Shown here: positions 60,223-64,000 of the stretch, piece by piece
How the letters are laid out: each line of letters starts with the position of its first letter
How positions within the stretch are numbered: the first letter of the stretch is position 1
Source: Eledone cirrhosa
Lineage: Eukaryota
Assembly: GCA_964016885.1 (NCBI GenBank)
Contig: OZ024741.1
Span: 190,588,001 to 190,652,000 of the forward strand
Direction of reading: 5' to 3'
Length of the DNA: 64,000 nt
Notes under the pieces: generated by a model
Database searches by the model: none
What the model was told of the DNA's origin: nothing
What the model saw: the letters and a program-made list of their open reading frames with translations, nothing else
Translations under genes and position numbers: made by a program

Positions 60223-60313
60223 GTATATATAAATATATATATATATTTCGATTTTTTACCTAATTCCATGTAGTTAACTATATGTCTAGTCAATTTCTAC
60301 AGGCTAGAAGGAA

Positions 60314-60955
60314 TCATCATCATCACCATCATCATCGTTTAACGTCCATCTTCCACGCTTTCATGGGTCTGGACGGGAGTTTTCCCACTTGAGGCAAGAT
60401 TGGTTGTCCTGCACGTATAGGACTGTCTGGCGGGTTTTCTATGGTTGGATGCCCTTCCTAACACCAACCACGTTTACAGTGTGGACTGGGAGGTTTTTAC
60501 CGTGTTACCTACACGGCCACATTACAGCGTGGACTGTGTGTTTTTTTGTCGTGACACCTACACGTTTGGCGTGTTTTCTACGGCTGGGTGCCCTTCCCAA
60601 CACCAACCACGTTTACAGTGTGGACTGGGAGGTTTTTACCGTGTTACCTACACGGCCACATTACAGCGTGGACTGTGTGTTTTTTTGTCGTGACACCTAC
60701 ACGTCTGGCGGGTTTTCTACGGCTGGGTGCCCTTCCCAACACCAACCACGTTTACAGTGTGGACCTGGAGGTTTTTACCGTGTTACCTACACGGCCACAT
60801 TACAGCGTGGACTATGTATTTTTTTGTTGTGACACCTACACGACCTCATTTGTTTCGGACTGGATGTTGTGGTACCAACATAACTTCACATTTAAGGGGG
60901 GGGGGGGGGTAGTGGGACGGGAGTGTATTTTGTTAGAGGTGCCTACTGACTGTAG
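60314..60955 (-). mobile_element. RTE 3' UTR with a triplicated 139-bp unit
   Basis: Reverse complement of the 3' UTR at 17630-18112. The unit recurs at 60439, 60578 and 60717. (GAT)n tail. Confidence 0.85.
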
Positions 60956-61319
60956 GTTATTAGGTAAATATCATATGATGGCTGTACATGGCGGAAAAGA
61001 AGCTATATCATTTGTCTATTATTTCTTCATTTTAAACTTATAGCCTTGCTTAAATGATTTTTTGTGTGGTTGATTTATACTGATTGGGAGAGGAAATGCT
61101 GTATATATTTTATCTAATGTATATATTTTATCTAATTTTATCATTATTACATTATTATATATATATATATTTGTATGTATAGTATTTTTCCTATAAAACC
61201 ATTTAGGTAAATCTATCTTTTATTCATGTTTTATATTGAAATTTGTTTATTTTCTATGCATGAATGACTGACCAAACATGAGTGATATTTTTTTTACTAT
61301 ATGCATTGCAGTCTATTTC

Positions 61320-62055
61320 TAACCTGTGCATATATCCCATGACAAGGTTGGCGTATGAGGGGATTACTTTCATGCCCATGGCAGTCCCAGATTTCTGTCT
61401 GTAGTATTTGGCATCGAATTCGAAGAAGTTATTTTCCAAGATGAATTTGAGGCCCTCCATCACAAATTCTTTAGGGATGCCTAATCCTTTTTCTTATATA
61501 AATGAATTACCCCCTCTCCTTTCTTTCTCCTACCCGACCACCCTGAATTACCTCCCCCTGCATATTAACTCTCTAAAAAGGGAAAACATATCCATATGGA
61601 TTAACTTTTCTAAGCGCTCCTGCCATAATAACACTTTTTGAACTGCTTATCCTGTAAATAATATTAATCTTTCTTTCCCATTACCTTATCATGTTCCACA
61701 TCACCCCCCCCCCCCTTTTTTTTTACTTCAAAAACCTTGTTTGTAAATAATATTATTCTTTCTTTCCCATTTCCTTAATATGTTCAACATCACCTTATCT
61801 TCTCTCCTACATTTTATACCAATACCAATTCCCCCTAAAATGCTGAAACCAGTAATTGACAATTATTAAATAAATAAATTAATATATAAATAAATCAATG
61901 CTATTGTTAATTAATAAATAAATTAACTAATACCTTAACACTTCACACAAAGTAAATTATTTTTTTAAAAACATTTTCTAACTCAGAAAAAAGAGAAAAA
62001 AATAAAGGAAAAATAAAATATTTTTCTTCCTAAAAATCGTTTTTTTCTCCCTATT
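61320..62055. mobile_element. Penelope-like RT fragment (minus) joined to an inverted 3' non-coding region (plus)
   Basis: FILENNFFEFDAKYYRQKSGTAMG...YANLVMG is a PLE RT motif. The adjacent + strand segment is homologous to 7400-7897 and contains GAAACCAGTA. Confidence 0.75.
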
Positions 62056-62121
62056 TACATATATATATATATTCCAACTCGTGTGCTCCTTCTCCATATT
62101 TTATAATTATTATATATATAT

Positions 62122-62476
62122 TTGAAAATTAGAATTAGTGCTCTGAAATAGCGATATATATATGAATGTATATATAATGTATTTTGCAATACACTGTATG
62201 CGTAATTAAAAAGCATTTTGAAGACCATATGCTATTGTTTTAAAATAGTGACAATGTCACTTATTTAAATTTTCAGCAAACAGGGGAGATAAACTGACAG
62301 AGCTCTGTTTCGTACTTTTTGGTATTTAACAAAGCTCACTACTCCTCCTGTTTGCTGAAAATTATGTGTGTTGGATTCTTATAGAATTCCAGTAATAATC
62401 AGGAACTAATTATATATACACTATATATACATTCATATATATATCGCTATTTCAGAGCACCAATTCTAATTTTCAA
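62122..62476. mobile_element. Element with about 60-bp inverted termini and an internal hammerhead-like hairpin
   Basis: TTGAAAATTAGAATTAGTGCTCTGAAATAGCGATAT.../...ATATCGCTATTTCAGAGCACCAATTCTAATTTTCAA. Minus-strand GAAACAGAGCTCTGTC at 62296-62311. Confidence 0.6.
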
Positions 62477-62609
62477 TTTCTGCTGGGCCGGCGACCACTC
62501 TGTAAAATCAGTTCCTGGTCCTTGTGCAATTGACCAGGGCATCTCGAATCTTTTGCTGATATTATCGGCCTCTCACAGCATCCAGCATCGGTTGGGGAAA
62601 GTTGTAGAA

Positions 62610-63435
62610 GGCTGGTTGGCAGAATCGTTAGAATGTCGGAGAAAATGCTTTGCGGCATTTATTCCGTCTCTTTACGTCCTGATTTGAAATCCTGCCAAAG
62701 CCTACTTTGTCTCCTTTTGGGGTCGATAAAATAAAGTAACAATAATGCACTGCGGTTGATTTAATCAACTTTCAGTCTCTCTGAAAATTTCTGGCCTTGT
62801 GCCTCTAGTAGAAATCATTATTATTATTGTTATTGCGGTGGATTGGCAGTATCAGTAGAGGGTTGGACGCCATGCTTTGCAGCATAGAGTTACGCCTCTT
62901 TACGGTCTGAGTTCAAATCCTGCAGAGGTTAACTTTGCCTTTTATCCTTATGGGGTCGATAAAATAAAGTACCAGTAATGCACTGGGATAATTGCAGGCC
63001 TTGTGCCAAAAATAGAAACAATTATTATTATTGTTATTGCTCTGATACAATTTATGTTGATGGTGATTGTTGCTATGGGTGGTATTGACTATTGACTATA
63101 AATTGAATTATTGGAGGCAATATTGATTGACAACTTGCTAAATAATTAAAATATACTTCAATCATATTTGCCCTTATAATTAGCTGACTGCATTATATTT
63201 GTTGTTAGTAACCATATTATAAACATTGGTGGTGAATATTATAAATAGGGCGGTGAATTGGCAGTATCAGTAGAGGGTTGGACGCATGCTTTCTAGCATA
63301 GTTACGTCCCTTTACAGTCTGAGTTCAAATCCCACCGAGGTTAACTTTGCCTTTCATCCTTACGGGGTCGATAAAATAAAGTACCAGTCATGTACTGGGT
63401 AATTGCTGGCCTTGTGCCAAAAGTAGAAACAATTA
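62610..63435 (+). mobile_element. Three SINE copies (about 62610-62820, 62836-63025, 63248-63435)
   Basis: A and B boxes, central domain, and flanking repeats TTATTATTGTTATTGC and TTATAAACATTGGTG. Confidence 0.8.
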
Positions 63436-63479
63436 TAAACATTGGTGAAGTGGTTTCGGATACAGCAAGAGTGGGTAGC

Positions 63480-64000
63480 TATGGTTATTGTTCGTTGTTA
63501 TATATTACTGGGTAACTGGGTATTATGGGGTTACAACGGTGACTAACTATGGATTATGATGTGAAAGTGTGTGGTTATAAATTGGGGGCTAACTATGGAC
63601 AACAGGGGAGATATATAGATATTCTTGCAAACCATGTAGTATTGAGTTATAGTTGGTGGTTATATATTGGTGGGTAACTCTAGACTATGGTGTTATAGTT
63701 GGTGATTATATAAGGGTGGGTAACTGGGTATTATGGTGTTATAGTTGGTGGTTATATATTGGTGGGTAACTCTAGACTATGGTGTTATAGTTGGTGATTA
63801 TATAAGGGTGGGTAACTGGGTATTATGGTGTTATAGTTGGTGGTTATATATTGGTGGGTAACTATGAATTATGTGGGTGGGTTCTACAGATATTTGTGGG
63901 AACTGTGTAGTATAAAATTATAGTGAGTGGTTATATACTGGTGGGTAATTAGGGAATTTCTGGTTATAGTGGGTGGTTAGATGTTAATGGATAACTATAA
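63480..64000. repeat. G/T-rich minisatellite (about 46-bp monomer, 92-bp duplication)
   Basis: TTATAGTTGGTGGTTATATATTGGTGGGTAACT... recurs at 63647, 63739 and 63831, with decayed flanking units. Confidence 0.8.

Noticed and set aside
63480-64000. Telomere-like G-rich repeat
   Set aside because: No TTAGGG array. It is a 46/92-bp minisatellite.

Overview
AT-rich animal (eukaryotic) genomic DNA. The repeat repertoire looks like a coleoid cephalopod, probably Octopus (inference, not verified). The only recognisable host coding sequence is the first coding exon of NCKAP1/Nap1/Hem-2 on the minus strand (23469-23573). Its first intron appears to cover positions 1-23468. The rest is a mosaic of kilobase (TA)n-derived arrays, minisatellites, tRNA-derived SINEs and decayed mobile elements: RTE (with a PHD-like finger inside the RT), CR1, R4/Dong-like, CRE-like, Penelope-like (PLE), Gypsy, mariner/Tc1 and a non-autonomous Helitron. 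The most striking signal is a set of short non-coding, PLE-related elements in (TA)n tracts that carry type-I hammerhead ribozyme (HHR) motifs and form long DNA palindromes. In four of them the fold-back axis falls in hammerhead stem II, so the CUGANGA half of the ribozyme is replaced by an inverted copy of the GAAA-stem III-cleavage half. All calls were made by eye. Boundaries of decayed elements are approximate.
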